A DNA stretch of 64,000 bases from contig NC_134471.1 of NCBI RefSeq assembly GCF_964194025.1, forward strand, positions 40,858,001 through 40,922,000, in the 5' to 3' direction. The translations under genes and the position numbers were made by a program. A model generated the notes under the pieces. It saw only the letters and a list, made by a program, of their open reading frames with translations, did not search any database and had not been told where the DNA came from. This DNA is from Convolutriloba macropyga (Eukaryota). Shown here one piece after another: positions 1-14,800 of this stretch (position 1 is its first letter; each line of letters opens with the position of its first letter).

Positions 1-2749
1 GTATGTAGACGCATTTGATACAGCACGTGCTAAAAAATTGATTGAAAACCAGCCAAATAGCCTTAAAAGTTTGGTTGGTTCAGTTTATCCATCACAAAAA
101 CTCTTCCTATTACCGGCACGATAGCATTTAAGATGGGTTGTCAAACCTTTAAGCGCGGTCCCTTATTGACTGCCCATATGAAGCACAAATATGAATGATT
201 AAAAATGTTTTTTAGGCGGTATCATTCTGATTGATTTATTAGTCTGGGGTAGGTTTCTAGGGGCCCACCATTTTTTCTCTTTTTTGTCTGCGTTTGAATC
301 TCATAATTTTTGTGGAGGCTCATTTTCTAGACACCACCAATACACAGCTAAAATAAATGTGAATATTATAAGTTGAAATTCTGGCTTAAGGTGTGTTCAT
401 TGACTAGCCCAAGCTCAAACAATTATAAAATGCTTCTCTTTTGAAAAGTACTGTTCTTCTAGAACATAATTTAAGCCTATTTTAAAATTTAAAAAAAGCT
501 ATGTTAGGACAGAAATTGCTTGAAATGCAGTTTTTGGAATATTCATAGCCCTTATGCAAACTGATTAAATGATATTCTTCAGGTGAGAGAACAGGAGCGG
601 GAGCGCTGAAGTAAATTATAGAAGAAATTTGATGTGAAAAATGGTTAAATTGATGAAATATTTGTAGAACTTGGTGTATCGGAAATCTGCAGAAAATAGC
701 TAACTCTAGTTTTTTTGCAAATTGGTGTCGATGATTTATCTTGCCTATTAAATGCTTCTTGGGAGAATTTAAAAGAAAAAAGTTTGTGCGATTAGTTTTC
801 AATAATATTGTGTTGTGGAAAAGAACTAGTTTTCCCGAAGAGTTACCTTGAGTGCTTTTTCACCTCTAAAAACTTTAATCGTATGATATTTTTTGCATTC
901 CGTTGAGGGCAATTGATTTTTTTCTCCTTTTTATTTGTTAGTTATTTCAAAATTCGCTTTCTCCTCTGTGAAGCACATTTTCTTTAAAAAAATTGTTTTG
1001 GATTTAATTTTTAGGTCACTCAAATTTATAAGTCATATATGTTGATAATATGACTATCATTCAGCAAAATGTTTGTTTGCTCTGAACAAAAACTTATTTG
1101 GAGCAATATTTCTTCGTAAAGTTAGCCTATACTTTTATGGTAGCTCTATCGCTTAACAATAGCAAATGTTTTGGTTAACATTCACAGGAACGTCATTGTT
1201 GCCTTACGTTGTTATTTTTTGTGAGAGCTCTCTCAAATGCGGTGCAATGTGGTTGCTCGAACCGTTCAACCAATTTGACTCTACTCAAGTTTCATTGTTT
1301 CATTAGTAAGCTCCGAGACTCTAGTCTTAAAACAGCGAAGTGGGAATTTCATAAATTAATTTGCAAAACAAGCTTTTTGCCGTAGAAAGTCTTTGAAATA
1401 ATTGAGAGCCTTAAGATTATGGATTGTTTTGCAGTGATCTAAATTCACGTACTTGAAGATCTACTGAGGGGAGTTTTGAATTTCAATTGCGAGCTAGGTC
1501 AAATCATTTAAGTTTAAAAAAGAAAAATTTAGTGGACTACAAACAACTACAAGGTACCGTTACAAGTTCAACAATTAATAGTAGCTGATCAGCCCTCACA
1601 TGTCTTCAAAGTTTGTCTGAATTGTTTTTTACCGCGGTTCAACATGAAACGTCTGGTGTGTGGTAAATATTTAAACGAACATTTTTATCATTTTATATAC
1701 AAATAAGTTTATGTATACCAGAACTTCTGCGCTGATTTTCCACGTGATCTCAATGGCTTAACACTCTCGCGCCAGTTATCACGATCAACCTAAATCCATT
1801 CGAAATAAACAGTGGGAGAGAAAACCGATTAATCTTGAGTTGTAGCAGGTTTATTTGATAGTGCCGCATACTTGACCGGATTAAGAGACGACAGTGGCAG
1901 TTTTGAACAACCACCAAAGTGCAGATTAGAAACAGTTGAAAATCCTGCAAATTAGCTCACGCATTTGTTCACAGGCTGACAGTTGAACAACTTCACGTTA
2001 TTACGCTCATTTCAGCCAAAAAGGTAAAATACATTAACTTTGTGGTGCTTTTTGCAGCTTTGATGTCACCTTTGTGGTGCACCGAGGTACAGACATTTTA
2101 TGTAAAATATAAAAGAAAATTAACCTCCGTCTTATAATTTTTTTGGAGACATCATGGCATTATTTTTCTCAGAAATTTTAGTGCACATTTAGCTCATTTC
2201 GTCAAGACACCTCAAATATACATCACTCAATTGTTGTTTTGTTTTAAAATTGATTTAGCAATATTTGTAAATTATTGGTGGTTGTCGAGCCGCCACAAGC
2301 ATCGAGTTAAACGTTAGAACTTTAAAAAAAACTTAAGAGCACCAGAACAACTTAAAACTGCACATCAAGATTTAAAATAACACGCCATACACCAATTCAA
2401 ACATAATAGTCAATTTATTAACCTCTTTTTTGTTTTTTTCGATTTATTCCAAGAAATAAAAAGGATATTCATTTCTTAAGAGCAAACACTTGGACGTTTC
2501 TTGCCGTTTCAATAACCAGAACTGCGTCAGAAGCGATGAAATTACACCACTTTGGTGAGATTGTGGTTCAAAAGTACACCTTCGAGATATTAGTATTCTT
2601 CGAGGAAAGCTCTACAATTTTTTCAGTTACCATATCAATCTTCTCGTAATTTTAAATTTCATAATTTTTTAACAGAAATGACACTTTTTGGATCAGGTCT
2701 CACCGCCAAACATGACAACATCATAATTTCAGCTGTCACAATTGCTGTC

Positions 2750-5519
2750 ACAACTTAAGACGTCAACTGCTCGACCAAGGCGTTCCTCGAGAGAAGTTGT
2801 GAGTTCGAAATTTGGAGCTGTTCAATGACGGGAAGAAAGTTCACTTAGAATCTGAGAAAACCGAGTCTTCATGACTAGGTTTCCTCAACATTCTTCAACT
2901 CAACACACGAAATCTGGTAAAGATCGACCGAAGAGCAAAACTTGCCAATGCAGTCCAAATAGCGGACTACACTGTCATATGTCTTTGCGAAACCTGGCTG
3001 AACGAATTGATCAGCGACTCCGAACTACTTTTAAATGACTACAACGTATATTGAAGTGACCGTACACTTTTGAGAGATAAAAACGCCCACGGCGGTAGCC
3101 TCATAGCAGTAAAAAACTCTCTAAACTCTAAGGAGATCAATGCGGATCTTTCCGACTCATGCCTAGCCTGCAAAATTCAACTAGACAGATCTAAAGTGAT
3201 AATCTGTTCGCTCTACAACCCACAAAAAGGCAGTGCATACCGATATATCAACGATTTCCAAAAACTCCTGAAAATCATTCCAAATTCAAAACCGGCCCTA
3301 ATCTGTGTCGACCTGAACTTCCCGGACGCAAACTGGGAAACAGCAGGCAGCTCTAACGAAGAAGAAAAAGATTTCATCGAAATCTTTGACGAACCTCTGT
3401 TCAGACAAACCATTGACTTTCCGACCTGTTCAAATAACACCCTTGACGTGGCCTTCTATCGCTACTGTTTTCTCTTTGCCAAAAAGGATCAGTTCTTCCC
3501 CAGGACATACGACTACACTGATCACGATGCGGTTGATCTTTCGATCAAATGCCCAGTAACTGAACCGAAACCCGTACTCCAATCATTCAGGAGTTTTGGA
3601 AACGTTGACTACGATGGAATGAATAAATTTCTTAAACACAGCCCGTTCCAACTTATTTGACATACAAACGTCAACACAATGTGTGAAGAATATTACCATT
3701 ATGTTGACAAAGTGGTTGAAACATATGTAAACACAAGAAACACCGACGTTATATTCAAACATCTGAAAAGTCTCAATAAATCTTCCAGCCTTCCGAAGCA
3801 AATCGTGAGTGGTGATAAAGTGAGCACCATTGTCCACGAACAAGTCGACATTAGGAACAATTTCTTCCATCAAGTTTTCTCTCCAAAACAACCATTAAGC
3901 ATCGAAACAAAAAATCCTACATTGACAAACTTTAACATATCGGTTGAAACCATATATTCCTTCGTGTCCGAATTGAATATTACTAAATCCAGGGGCCCAA
4001 ATGAAGGTGATAAAGAAGCAAAGAAGTATACCTGTCACATGAAAGACAGCCATTGTGACGCCAATCCACAGAAAGGGAGACAGACGCTACCTACAAAACT
4101 ACCGTCAAGTGTCTCTACTGGACATAGAAAGTACAATCCTGGAAAAGTGCATCTACGTGGCTCTTTACGACCACTTTGCCACTTTCTTGACAAAGCACCA
4201 GCATAGTTTTGTTTAAAATCGGTCTGTTTTCACAAACATGATTATTTTCCTGGAAAAGATCCACGACGCACTCGATAGCGATCTAAACTCAGAAATTATT
4301 GCGTTCTACACGGACTTCTCGAAAGCCTTCGATAAAGTACCGCATTTCGAGCTATTAAAAAAAGATTGCAAAAATTGGGGTAGGAGGATGTCTCCTACAA
4401 GTTCTCATGGACTACCTAAGCAACCGGAAACAGTTCGTCAGAATCAATAACACATGTTCCGGTGTTCAAGACGTTAATAGTGGAGTGCCTGAGGGCTCAT
4501 TACTAGGCCCGCTCCTGTTTTCCATCTTTGTCAACGACTTACCCAACGCGCTGAAGTTCTCAGACACATTAATCTTCACAGAAGATCTAAAAATCTTCGC
4601 GATTGGAAAAGATCATTGGACCATCCAGGAAGACCTAGACAGCATTGCAAGGTGAGTCAGACCAAACAGGATGGAGCTGGCACTGGTCAAATGTGCTCAA
4701 ATAACATTTCGAGGGAGAAAGCGAAATTTCGATATTGTGGGTGAAGATTTGGCAAATGCAGATACAATAAAAGACTTGGGAATTCACATCAAAGATGACC
4801 TAAGCTGGAGTAAACACATAGAAGAGCGACTCAGGAAAGCTAACAAAATACTGTACTTCCTCAGACGAAACGTCGCAGTACAAGTTAAACCAATCATCAA
4901 ACTTGGGCTTTACAAATCACTAATCCTACCCGTTTTGCTGTACGGCTTCACCTGCATAAACCCATCAGGAAGCGAGCCACAAAATTTCGAATCTCAAAAG
5001 AAAGCGGTGAAATGGATCACGGGAAACAAAGGAGTGAATTACATCAGTCAACTTCTGCTGCTCATTATTCTCCCCTTGCCTATGTTTCTCCAAGTGAACG
5101 ACTTACTTCTACTTGCGAAAGTCATGCATGAAAGCTCGCACTACATCGAACTACCTGACCTCACCAGCGCCAGTGGACGCACAAAGGAAGTCTTTCGGCT
5201 ACAAAAAACAAGAACGGAAAAAGCTAGAAGCGATTTCAACTTCCAAAACAGCAAAATCGCAAACCGTTTAAAGAAATATGTTTAAAGAAATATGTTGAAT
5301 TCAGGAGACCTTATGGACTCAAGAAGAGACTGATAAACCTAATGTGGGAGTTTGTCAATAAACGATTTTGCGATAAGAACGTTTGCACTTGGCAAATCTT
5401 TTGCGACTGCCATGTATGCAGAAAAAGATGGACTCTATTTTAACAACTGACTACTGGGCATAAATCAGCCTTGCAGCAAACCCACTGCGAATCCCCAACA
5501 ACAACAACAACAACAACAA
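2750..5519 (+). mobile_element. 5'-truncated, decayed CR1/L2-group LINE (ORF1 C-terminus, APE endonuclease, reverse transcriptase, (CAA)n tail)
   Basis: An ORF1 tail (…LDQGVPREKL*VRNLELFNDGKKV…SS*) ends at TGACTAG (~2872). APE motifs follow: ILQLNTR, ICLCETWL, GGSLIAVK, DLNFP, TLDVAF, TDHDAV. RT motifs are YTDFSKAFDKVPH, SGVPEGSLLGPLLF and a degenerate FTED(=FADD), then KDLGIHI and a C-terminal CTWQIFCDCHVC. A (CAA)n tail lies at ~5496-5519. Many stops, frameshifts and internal deletions are present. Confidence 0.92.
2876..5443 (+). pseudogene. Disrupted LINE ORF2 (APE + RT), seen as ORF fragments 3070-3660, 3679-4206, 4238-4450, 4407-4655 and 4671-5285
   Basis: The ORF-track fragments carry consecutive APE, linker, RT and C-terminal motifs in shifting frames. 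A 14-bp tandem duplication (tttaaagaaatatg x2, ~5266-5295) causes one of the shifts. Confidence 0.9.
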
Positions 5520-5830
5520 AATTGCACAGTGCTTAGTAGCAAAAAGCGAGTCGTTATCTACACAGTCACAAACGCACATTCAATTTTCCTCAACTTTTTC
5601 TGTAATTTTTATTTTTAGCAAAATTTTGTCACTTGAATTGAGCTTCATGTAAAACATTTAAAACGGATTTAATTTGGATTTCGCATGGAAAAGCTTTTCG
5701 TCACAAGTCAATGTAGTACATATCCTATTAAAATTAAACCTTTTGATTTTCAATGCGTAACTAGATAAATTTCAATTTCCATTGGAAACTTTTTTGAAGT
5801 TTGAGAAAAATTTTCATTTTTGAGGAAAAA

Positions 5831-5943
5831 GTATTCTTAAAGTTTTTTCATTCCTCACGGAGTTAAATTTTAATTCGGGATATTTCTGAAATATACCGAA
5901 TTAAAATTTAACTCCATGAGGAATCAAAAAATTCTAAGAATAC
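5831..5943. repeat. 113-bp near-perfect palindrome (hairpin / MITE-like)
   Basis: The arm gtattcttaaagttttttcattcctcacggagttaaattttaattcgggatatttc pairs with gaaatataccgaattaaaatttaactccatgaggaatcaaaaaattctaagaatac, with a few mismatches and almost no loop. Confidence 0.85.
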
Positions 5944-8407
5944 CTTCTCTGCCAGTTAATTTAGTGATTTTTCCCATCTCCTCTTCACTGTTTCTTGGGT
6001 GTCTAACCAAATCACTCTACTCAAAACTATATACTGTTAGACATTGCAAAGTGTTGAAGTAAATACAAATTGAATTGGAAGAAGTCGACGAATGTGCCAA
6101 ACGAAGCCAAATATTGTCTAACATTTTTGCGTCAGTTGACGTGGTTGAGATAAAAGAATGAACAATTCTTTTTTATGGGTCACAATAATTCGAGTCCTTT
6201 CTTACGCTGCATTGATTATAAGCACTCTTTGGATTTTTAAATCGACATAATTCAAAAGACTGAAATTAGTAAATTTTTCTGTTCATGTCAATGAGATGGC
6301 ATAGTTCTAGCTGCATCGTGCTCATTTTAATTTAAAAACACGGACATTCAGTTGGGTTTGCTGCTAAACGAATGCCTAACGATTAAAAATGCAGTTCTTT
6401 AATTTAACGATCTATAATACTATCTTCAAACTAGAATGCTCTCTTTGAAACTTTCAGATTAAGAAAGTCAGGAATTTTGAAATGATCTTAAACACAGTGC
6501 AGCAGTTATATTGAAAAAAAGTGCAGATTGCGGCAAATTGAAGTCTATAATTTAGAACATAGGATACAACCGTGCAATTTAACAAGTTTCGTCTGATCAA
6601 ATTTTAATGCAAAACATCAGTTACAGGATTTTGAAATAATTAAAAAAAACCTTTTTCTGCTTTTTAATCTTGATTGGATGCCGGCGTTCCGTACTAAACT
6701 TCTACCAATTTATATGCAACGCAATCAATATGACAATAATCATTACAGTGTTGTTTCAGTTATGTTTGTTGGTTTTCATTAACTTTCTATTCTTGATTTT
6801 GGTAATCATATTTAAAGAAAGCGTAGACCAATTAATTCACGGTAATTTGGAAATGAAAACATATTAAAAGTAATTATCGTCGCAATTGACGTTAAAACTT
6901 TGAAGTGCTCTCAAGCAGTAGTCCTTTCGATAAATTAGCCTTACTCGCGGTATTTGAAAACAAAATGGTCTTTAATAAGCCAAAAATTAATCACATTTAT
7001 TGCACTAAAAAGCCGGCTTTTACCTTTGATTGTTGAGATAAGCCAGGCCCCTTTTCCGGCTTTTGAAAATTGAAAGAAGGATTGTTGTAGTTTTTAAATA
7101 AGTTGATAAGAGGTTGCGAGGGTTGTTCTGATCAGATTTTTAGCCTGGTCCCATTTTGGGACTTCAAGTTTGATTAAGGGACAATCTGGGAGGGAGATAA
7201 AACAATTATCAACTAATGCAGCTCAACTTGCTACTTAGTTGAGACCGAAAGAGAGGGCTTTTGAAAGGCGAAGCCTACTTTTTGAGCCCCTTGGGGTGAC
7301 GCACAAAACTAGCAGTGAATAACCATTTAATGGACTCAAAAATCTCGTACAAAATGGTCCAGATTGGGTGCGATTTCGTATGTGTGTGGGTGTATATATG
7401 GGGTGGTAGAAACATGATTAGTCAGAATATCGCCTGAAGTTTTATTCCGTTGTTGTGAATCCTCAGTCTGGCTTCAGTGATGTTCTTTCAATAATCGAGA
7501 ACAGGACATTTTCAATTTAAACATTGTTCATTTTGTACTGAAACCTTGAAACCGCAATATCTAAAAACTTAATATTTGAACACCCCCGGAGGTTGGTGAC
7601 AGAGCAAATCAGGGCTGAGTCAGTGTATGGAGATTCTGTTTTCTGTGAATGACCAGTGCTCTGTTCATGTCCCAATTTACACTGGCCTTATGCATAAAAA
7701 TAGTATGTACAGCTTAACTAGCTGAATTTTTTTCTCTTACCTCTCACCCAGCCCCATATAGCTGATTTTTGAGCCCTACCAAAATTTTTACTCAATTACA
7801 ACGCCCTGCTTTAGCTTCATCAATACCTGAGTAATTAAATAGAATGAAACCATATTTGCAATAGTTTTCCAGAAACTAAAATTGATTAGCCCATTTCTTG
7901 TAGTTATGAACTTCAAAATTTGTTTAAACGAGTAAATTTTTGATCCATGCTTTCATTACATTATATGCACAACGTTATATAACTAAATGAAACCTTCGCT
8001 GTGGCAGGATTTAGTGGTTGAACATTGCTCGTATTTTTTTTATTTTTACATGCAAAGTATGCTATATATCAGTATGCTTAATCACATATAAAGGGGGAAG
8101 TGTCAAAATGCGTGTGTGTTGAAGCAGAAAAGATAAAAAGAGCCTCTAGAAAGATTCGTAGAGCAAATTGATAACAACTTGCGGAGACAGATATGAAACT
8201 AATTTTTCTAATTTTGAGCTAAGTTCGTTTGCTTTTGTTAGAAGTTCTGATTGGAACAAAAACTGACCTTTTTGGTTAAAGTTTTATGTAGAGTTTAATT
8301 TCAAACTTTATGAACCAAATTATTGTAAATTGTTCAAGTGGAGCAAAATAGGTTTAGCTCAGAAAATCAATAGTTTGTTAACAACCTCTGATTCATGCTA
8401 GATTATT

Positions 8408-9282
8408 CCCGGGTCCAGACCGAACAATTAACTTGTAAGAACTTACAAAAGATGGTTAACTTGTAAAAATTTGCATGATTTTGCAAAAGAGGTTAACTCT
8501 AAGAATTTGCAAGTCTGATGGTTAACTTGTATGAACTTGCAAGTTGAAACGCTAATTTTGAAGTTTCTTTGAAAGTTCATTCCGATTGAGCTCAAATCTT
8601 AATGGTTGATTCAATTTACACTCATTCATTTGTCTTATAAAAACGCGTGGGAGTTAGTTGCTCAGTTTGGATAACATAATACAATGCGACCTTAGTTGAC
8701 AAAATGGTTACTTTTCAATTTTACCAACTCAAGTTGTCCTTTTGCAATTCAATTAATAAATAGGAGACACCAATTAGCTTCTCCACGATTGCTTTTTTTT
8801 AATGTTTGCAAAATTTTGTACCTCTTTTGACTTTGATTGAATTTTCAAACTCATATGTCACCATTCTTTCGAAAGAATTTAGTCACCCTTCAATTTTATT
8901 CCTTTTTTTCTGTTTTGTAAGTTCTTAATGTTTTTCAGATACTATATTTTTCAAACATTTGTTGACAAACATAGCCAGAATTGTTATCTGGTTACAAATT
9001 GTTTTCCAAGAAATTACGTATGAACGTATAATTTTAGTTTATAGCACCCTGTGAGTCGAACGTTCGAGAGTCTTGTTGGTCGAATGGTTATTTTGTAAGA
9101 ACTTGCAAGTCGAATGGTTAACTTGTAAGAACCTGTAAGTAGAATAGTTAACTTGTAAGAACTTGTAAGTAGAATGGTTAACTTGTAAGAACTTGCAAGT
9201 TTTTGGAGGAACGCATCGCCTTGTAAGAAATTGCAAGAAACTTGCAAGTTCTTACAAATTAACCATTCCAACTGGACCCGGA
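8408..9282. mobile_element. Non-autonomous TIR element with (C)CCGGGTCCAG termini and subterminal ~30-bp tandem repeats
   Basis: The left end ccgggtccag (8409) is the reverse complement of the right end ctggacccgg (9272-9281). Arrays of aatggttaacttgtaagaacttgcaagt-like units lie at 8428-8545 and 9083-9260. Confidence 0.7.
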
Positions 9283-12200
9283 TCATTAATAGCTGCAAAT
9301 TAGTAAATTACCGAATATAGATTATTGCTATCAGAACCCTTATTTTTATGGTGGTTACGTTGCCACCGGTAAAAGAATTAATTCCAAGAAAATCATAAAA
9401 CAATTTCATATATGTTCAATTTCGGGACCTCAACATTTATCATGGTGCTATGATTAGATTCGTGTCCTGATTTTATTTTTTGAATTGGCTATGTATAAAC
9501 GGGAAATTTAGGATCCCTTTTTCAAATCCAATTCACAATCATGATTTGCTTTTCCGATCTATCATCTAAATCTCTCAATTCTACCTTAAAAATCATTTTA
9601 TTTTGCTCTCATCCCAAGTACATGAAAGTCCACAACCCAACAGCTCGCTTTACTGTAGCTTGGATATCATGAAAAAATCATCATTTAATGTTGACGTCGG
9701 AATCAGCGAATGCTTTGTATAAATTACTAAAGCTCTGATATACAGCAGAAATGAATTTCCTGTTCTTCAGTTTTTGTTCACATCTAAATGGAGGCATAAA
9801 TAACATGAAGACAAAAAATTTTAACTTAAAAGAGGGTGGTCAATGGTGGTTATAACTAGAGGAATTAAGAGTGAGGGCGGGGAGTATAAGAGTTTTAATG
9901 GGTTATTAGGAGGTTGGTCCATTTCGAGTTGCTTCTTTATTAAGTGGTGCCGGAAGGTCTTACCGCCACATTTATATTTTAATAGCTGATTTAGCAGTGT
10001 TGTCCCGAGGCACTTACAAACTGCCAGCCATTAAATTGAAGTTTTCCTCCAAACATAATTTATTGACATTGTAAATCTGTGCAGTTCCCCACTTGCAAGA
10101 ATTAAAAAGAATTCAGTTTGAAGCTCAAGTAATCCTGCTCTCACAAAGAGTGTTTCAAGTTGTGAACAAAAGTGAAAAAAAAACTGTGTTTTTATCCGTT
10201 AAATGAAAGGAAACTATTTATTAAAACCATTTGTGTTTTACAAGACGCATTCCTTTCTTTTTCAAGCGTTACGCGGCTTCGCACACTTGGCTTTTCACTT
10301 ATAGTACTTTGGTTATAACTCAAGTAGCTTGTTATCTATTCGTATTAAAAACACACCAGAATTTTGGCTTCAAATCAAATCAATTTTTAGAATTCAATTA
10401 TTTTCTTATAATATATATCCATTCCCTCCCACTATAGGTCCAGTTTCAACCATTCAGCATTTTAAAATTAGCACAGAGGTAAAGTTTTATTTTTCTTCCA
10501 AAAATACCCCCACAACCACCCCATATGTAATAATAGTGTGCAAACTTATTTGAGGGTTAAAATTGCATAAATGAATAGAGCACTATAGTAGAGTTGTTTC
10601 CTTGCTTTTTATCCCCCAGTTTTCAGCCCTTTCTCGGGTTTTTCTAGGGATTAGCATCCCTCCTGTCCGCTCGTTCCTTGGGTTCTTTGGCTTCTGCTGC
10701 TGCAATTTGGCCCCACCTTGCTTCCCTGTTTTTAACCTCCCCTTCTCTGTATGTTTGTAGCTGACTTGAACACGCACCAGATTTGTGCTTGCGCAACTTC
10801 GTGCTACTTTAAGCCGACATCCTAATTAGACTTAAATATTTGATCTACCTCTTTCCCTACAAGTAAATTTTTCTGATTCTTTTTTAATACTTAAATTCAG
10901 TTTTCTTAATGAAGAATGATTTAAAAAATTATAACCAGTTACAACTGGTTAAATAAAGTTACATCCAGTAATAACCACAATAACCAGTATTTACATTTCG
11001 TCTTGTCGGCTTGACAGTTAAAAAAGACTCTTCTGAAAATCAACTATAACATAGATAACAAAAAAATTGCCTCAGTTTTCACAAAGCCTAGAAATATTCA
11101 TTACGTCTTAAATGCAAGACAATATGCAATAAAATGCTAAGAAAAAATAAGAACAAGGTTCCTTCTGAGTTCAAAGATTTTTCAAGAGGACATTTTCTGT
11201 TTTCTCCATTCTTCAGTTCATAATCTTTATCTTCCAATTTTAAATTTTGTGTTAATCAGCGCATATGATTGCATTTCTTGGATTTTTTGTTGTATTCTGA
11301 GCTTACGCTATTTTTAGCAAAACATCATTTAATTGTTGTGATTTGCAAAAAAACAATACGATTTTATGAGCCTCGAATTTGGGCCTTAAGTCAACACCCT
11401 AAAGCATAACCAAGTAAAACATTGAACATAATTTTCTTTTGCTGCGTATACTTTGTCTACTTAGGCCAACAGTAAAATTAAGTTGACCTTCCCTCAATTT
11501 CAATGTATAGACTCTAGACCAATTTGGTCTCAATCGTCTGTTCTCAATTGGGTACTATTGTCCCTTTTTTGCCCCGGAAACACTTTCTAAAAACCCAGCA
11601 TACAAAATCAGCCCAACTCAACCAAGGGTTTCTTCTCTTTTCCCATAACCCTTTAATTTTTACCCAAAATTTTACCCCTTTTCAGCCAATACTACCGTTC
11701 CTCTGGGATTTAGTATATTATTAACTCTTTTCAAATTGAGCCTCTGGTTAATATAAAATGCGAGTAATAAATTTTAGGTTTGGTGCCCACGAGAAAGAAC
11801 TCTTCAATTTACATTTTTCTGTTTCCCTTTTCTGTTATCTTATTCTCCCCATTTTTGTTAATTAACTTGAGTTTTACTAGGCAATTTTTGCTATTCCTTC
11901 AACTATCCAATATGTTAAAATTCATTTTATAGTGGTAAATTATTATTAGCCGTCTTTTTGATTCAATTTTTTTCTTTTTCGGACAAAAAGGGCGCCTAAT
12001 TGGTTAATGGAAAAGTTACTTATTCATGTGAATATTTTTTGTTCACCATTATGCTGCTCTTTTCACTTTTTAATTTCCTGCTCTTGCCTCGATGTCCCCT
12101 CAGTGCTTTGTTTTGCAGGCATTGGAAATATTAGACTAAAATTCGGTCAGACGAAGAAAATTTTGAAAAATAATCTAATAATTTTTATTCAATTTTTGAA

Positions 12201-13729
12201 AAAGAGTTATTGAAATTTTTGAACCGAATTAAATGCTGCTAAGTTATTAATTGTGAACGCATTTCGCTTTTTTCTAGAAAAATGTGAGTATCAAAAACGG
12301 AAACTTCAAACAGAAAAAAAAAACTTAATGATCTGCGCTATGACAATTGATGTTTTGCATCATCAGTGGGTTTTCAACATATAGCTCACAATTGATAATT
12401 AATTGCAAATCTTCAATCAAATTTATACTAAAAGTGCTAAATTCTGCTTAAAATGCGTTCGCCTTATGGAGTTTTCGTCTATTATCCTGCGCCTCCTGCT
12501 TGTGTATTGTGTAGGAGGGGGCGACTTTAATTAAATGAAAAGTGAGAGCTATTCACATGCTGTTTCCTATACTTTCACTTTCCCTACAGATCTGATATTG
12601 ATACCATCTAATTTGTTCCACTTCAAGGATTGGTACATTAAAAACTTACAAATTTGCACACATTTCAGTGAGTTTCATCCTAACGAGAGGTCACTTTGCC
12701 CAGTTTTTATTTCTTCATTTTTTTTGTCCTTCTGAATACGCTCAACTAAAACGCGGCAAATTTTTGCCCAAAATGAGAGCTGATGCTCCAACTAACCAAT
12801 GAGTGGAGAGCTCGTCGGGATCAAGTTTACAATAATCCTGCTAGTTTATCATTCATGTTGACAGATCTTGTAATACTGGCATTCATTTTGCAAGATCTTG
12901 CCAAATTATTGAAGGATGCTGCATGATAACCGTCGGGTTTCACCTAGGGTCCAAATCTTTACAAAATCCGGGGAGGGCATATATTTCCAAGTTATTACCA
13001 TCCATTATTTTTGCGAAGAAAATGCAGATGGATTCTTTTGCTCAACTATCTTTATTCTTGTTATTTTTGAGCCGCAGTCAGCATATTTAGCGTTCAGTTC
13101 AAACGGAACTACATAAAACATAGCTGAATGTATGCCAGAGGCGAAAATAATCATTCTGATAATAGTTCTTATAAAATCTTAAAAAATGATTTTGGATTCC
13201 CTTGCAGATCTTACCAGACATTCACCCGATTTTAGGTGATAGAAGCTCACGTGATAAAATTCTTTTTGTCTTAAAGATTTCCACTCAATGCCGCTTCTTG
13301 TTTCTTCGTACAAAATTTATTTTACCAACCAAGATCCTTCCAGGTTATTTTGCTAAACTTTCTGTTTACAAGACTATATTAGGAAGGATATCCTCTCGTA
13401 ATTTCTGATACGAAGTCAGAAAAGACAAAAATTTTCCGTTTGTTGAGGTCTTCTTTGTTTTTTTTCTCTAAAACAAGGTGTGGACTTTTTGGGGCAATTG
13501 TATCCGTAACTGTAAATTTGACAATAAACTATGGGACTTGAAAATTTTCAACTTTATAACTTTTGAATGTTTTTAGAATTTTTTTCCATTTTCAAAATTT
13601 CATCAGCCAAACGTGACAATTAATTTTTCAAAATCTCGAAGAAGTGCTATCATTGACATTTAACACCAGAGTGTTAGATTGGAGAAATATGAAGCTGCAA
13701 TTTGTACTAAATATTTTCTTTATTTTCTT

Positions 13730-14297
13730 TTTGACAGTTTTTGCGCTCTACTTCTATTTGTTTATACTATTTGAATGAACTATCTTTCTGACACTGACCA
13801 TCCCTTTTTCTCTCTCTCTCTCTCTCTTTCATGCACACATGGATACAAAAACATAAGCGCGTACATAAACAAACACAATTACAAACCTCACAACGAAAAA
13901 GAATCTTATTAAAATTTTCTTTTGGCATGTAATCATTACGCAAAATTCGTCAGCCTTTAAATATGGCTTGAGTGTTTTTTTTCTGGAACACAAGGCGTGG
14001 AGTTCGACTGGACTAATGTTTCGTCAACTGTATCAATGACAGTAAATTCTGAAATGAACTTCTGAAGGTTTTTTGTCATTTTTAATATTCCATGAGCATA
14101 AGAGCACAATTGATTTTTGAATATGTCGCAGACTTGTTATCAGAGAGATTAAAAATGCACAGCCTTAGCATTGAACATAATTAAGTTTGCATTCTTTCAC
14201 AATATGTAGGTAATTTTCCTTTATTCGATGGTTTCTGCCAGTTTTTACTCTCTGCCTCTATTTGTGTCTAAAATTTGACGGAACCATTTTTCTCACA

Positions 14298-14333
<36 letters not shown>

Positions 14334-14800
14334 GACACACAACACAATTTGAAAAAATGCACAACAATGCACACATCTACACAGGCGCACACGTACACAC
14401 AAACACACACGCACAGACTCGCACAAATACAAACCTCGCCAACCAAAAAAATTAAAACTAAAAATTTTTTTTTGTATCGGATCTTTAGAAAATGTATGTC
14501 ACCGTTCATTTTTGATTTTATTGTTTTCAAACAACTGGGTGCGGACTTAGTGAGGCATTTCTTTTGCAGTAAATTATTTTTTTCCTTTATTTCGATAATT
14601 TTAGTCGTTTTTGTTGTTTCATGAGAATAATCAGAGCATTTTTGTTTTCAACAATTACACAGATGTCTTAACATTTACTTTTAATAGACACGGTTTTGGT
14701 TCTGAATTTTTTTAATTTTGCGAGTTTTATCGAAGTTTTTCACTGAAGTAATTTTCTATTTTTTTAGTACATTTGACAGTTTCTACACGCTGCACCTAGT
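13730..14800 (+). repeat. Diverged ~0.5-kb tandem repeat (2 clear units plus the start of a third) containing (TC)n and CA-rich tracts
   Basis: The pattern cagttttt…ctct…ctatttgt…(TC)n…acac…tacaaacctc recurs at ~13735 and ~14238, and tttgacagtttct occurs at ~14771. A pure (TC)15 lies at 14301-14330. Confidence 0.55.
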
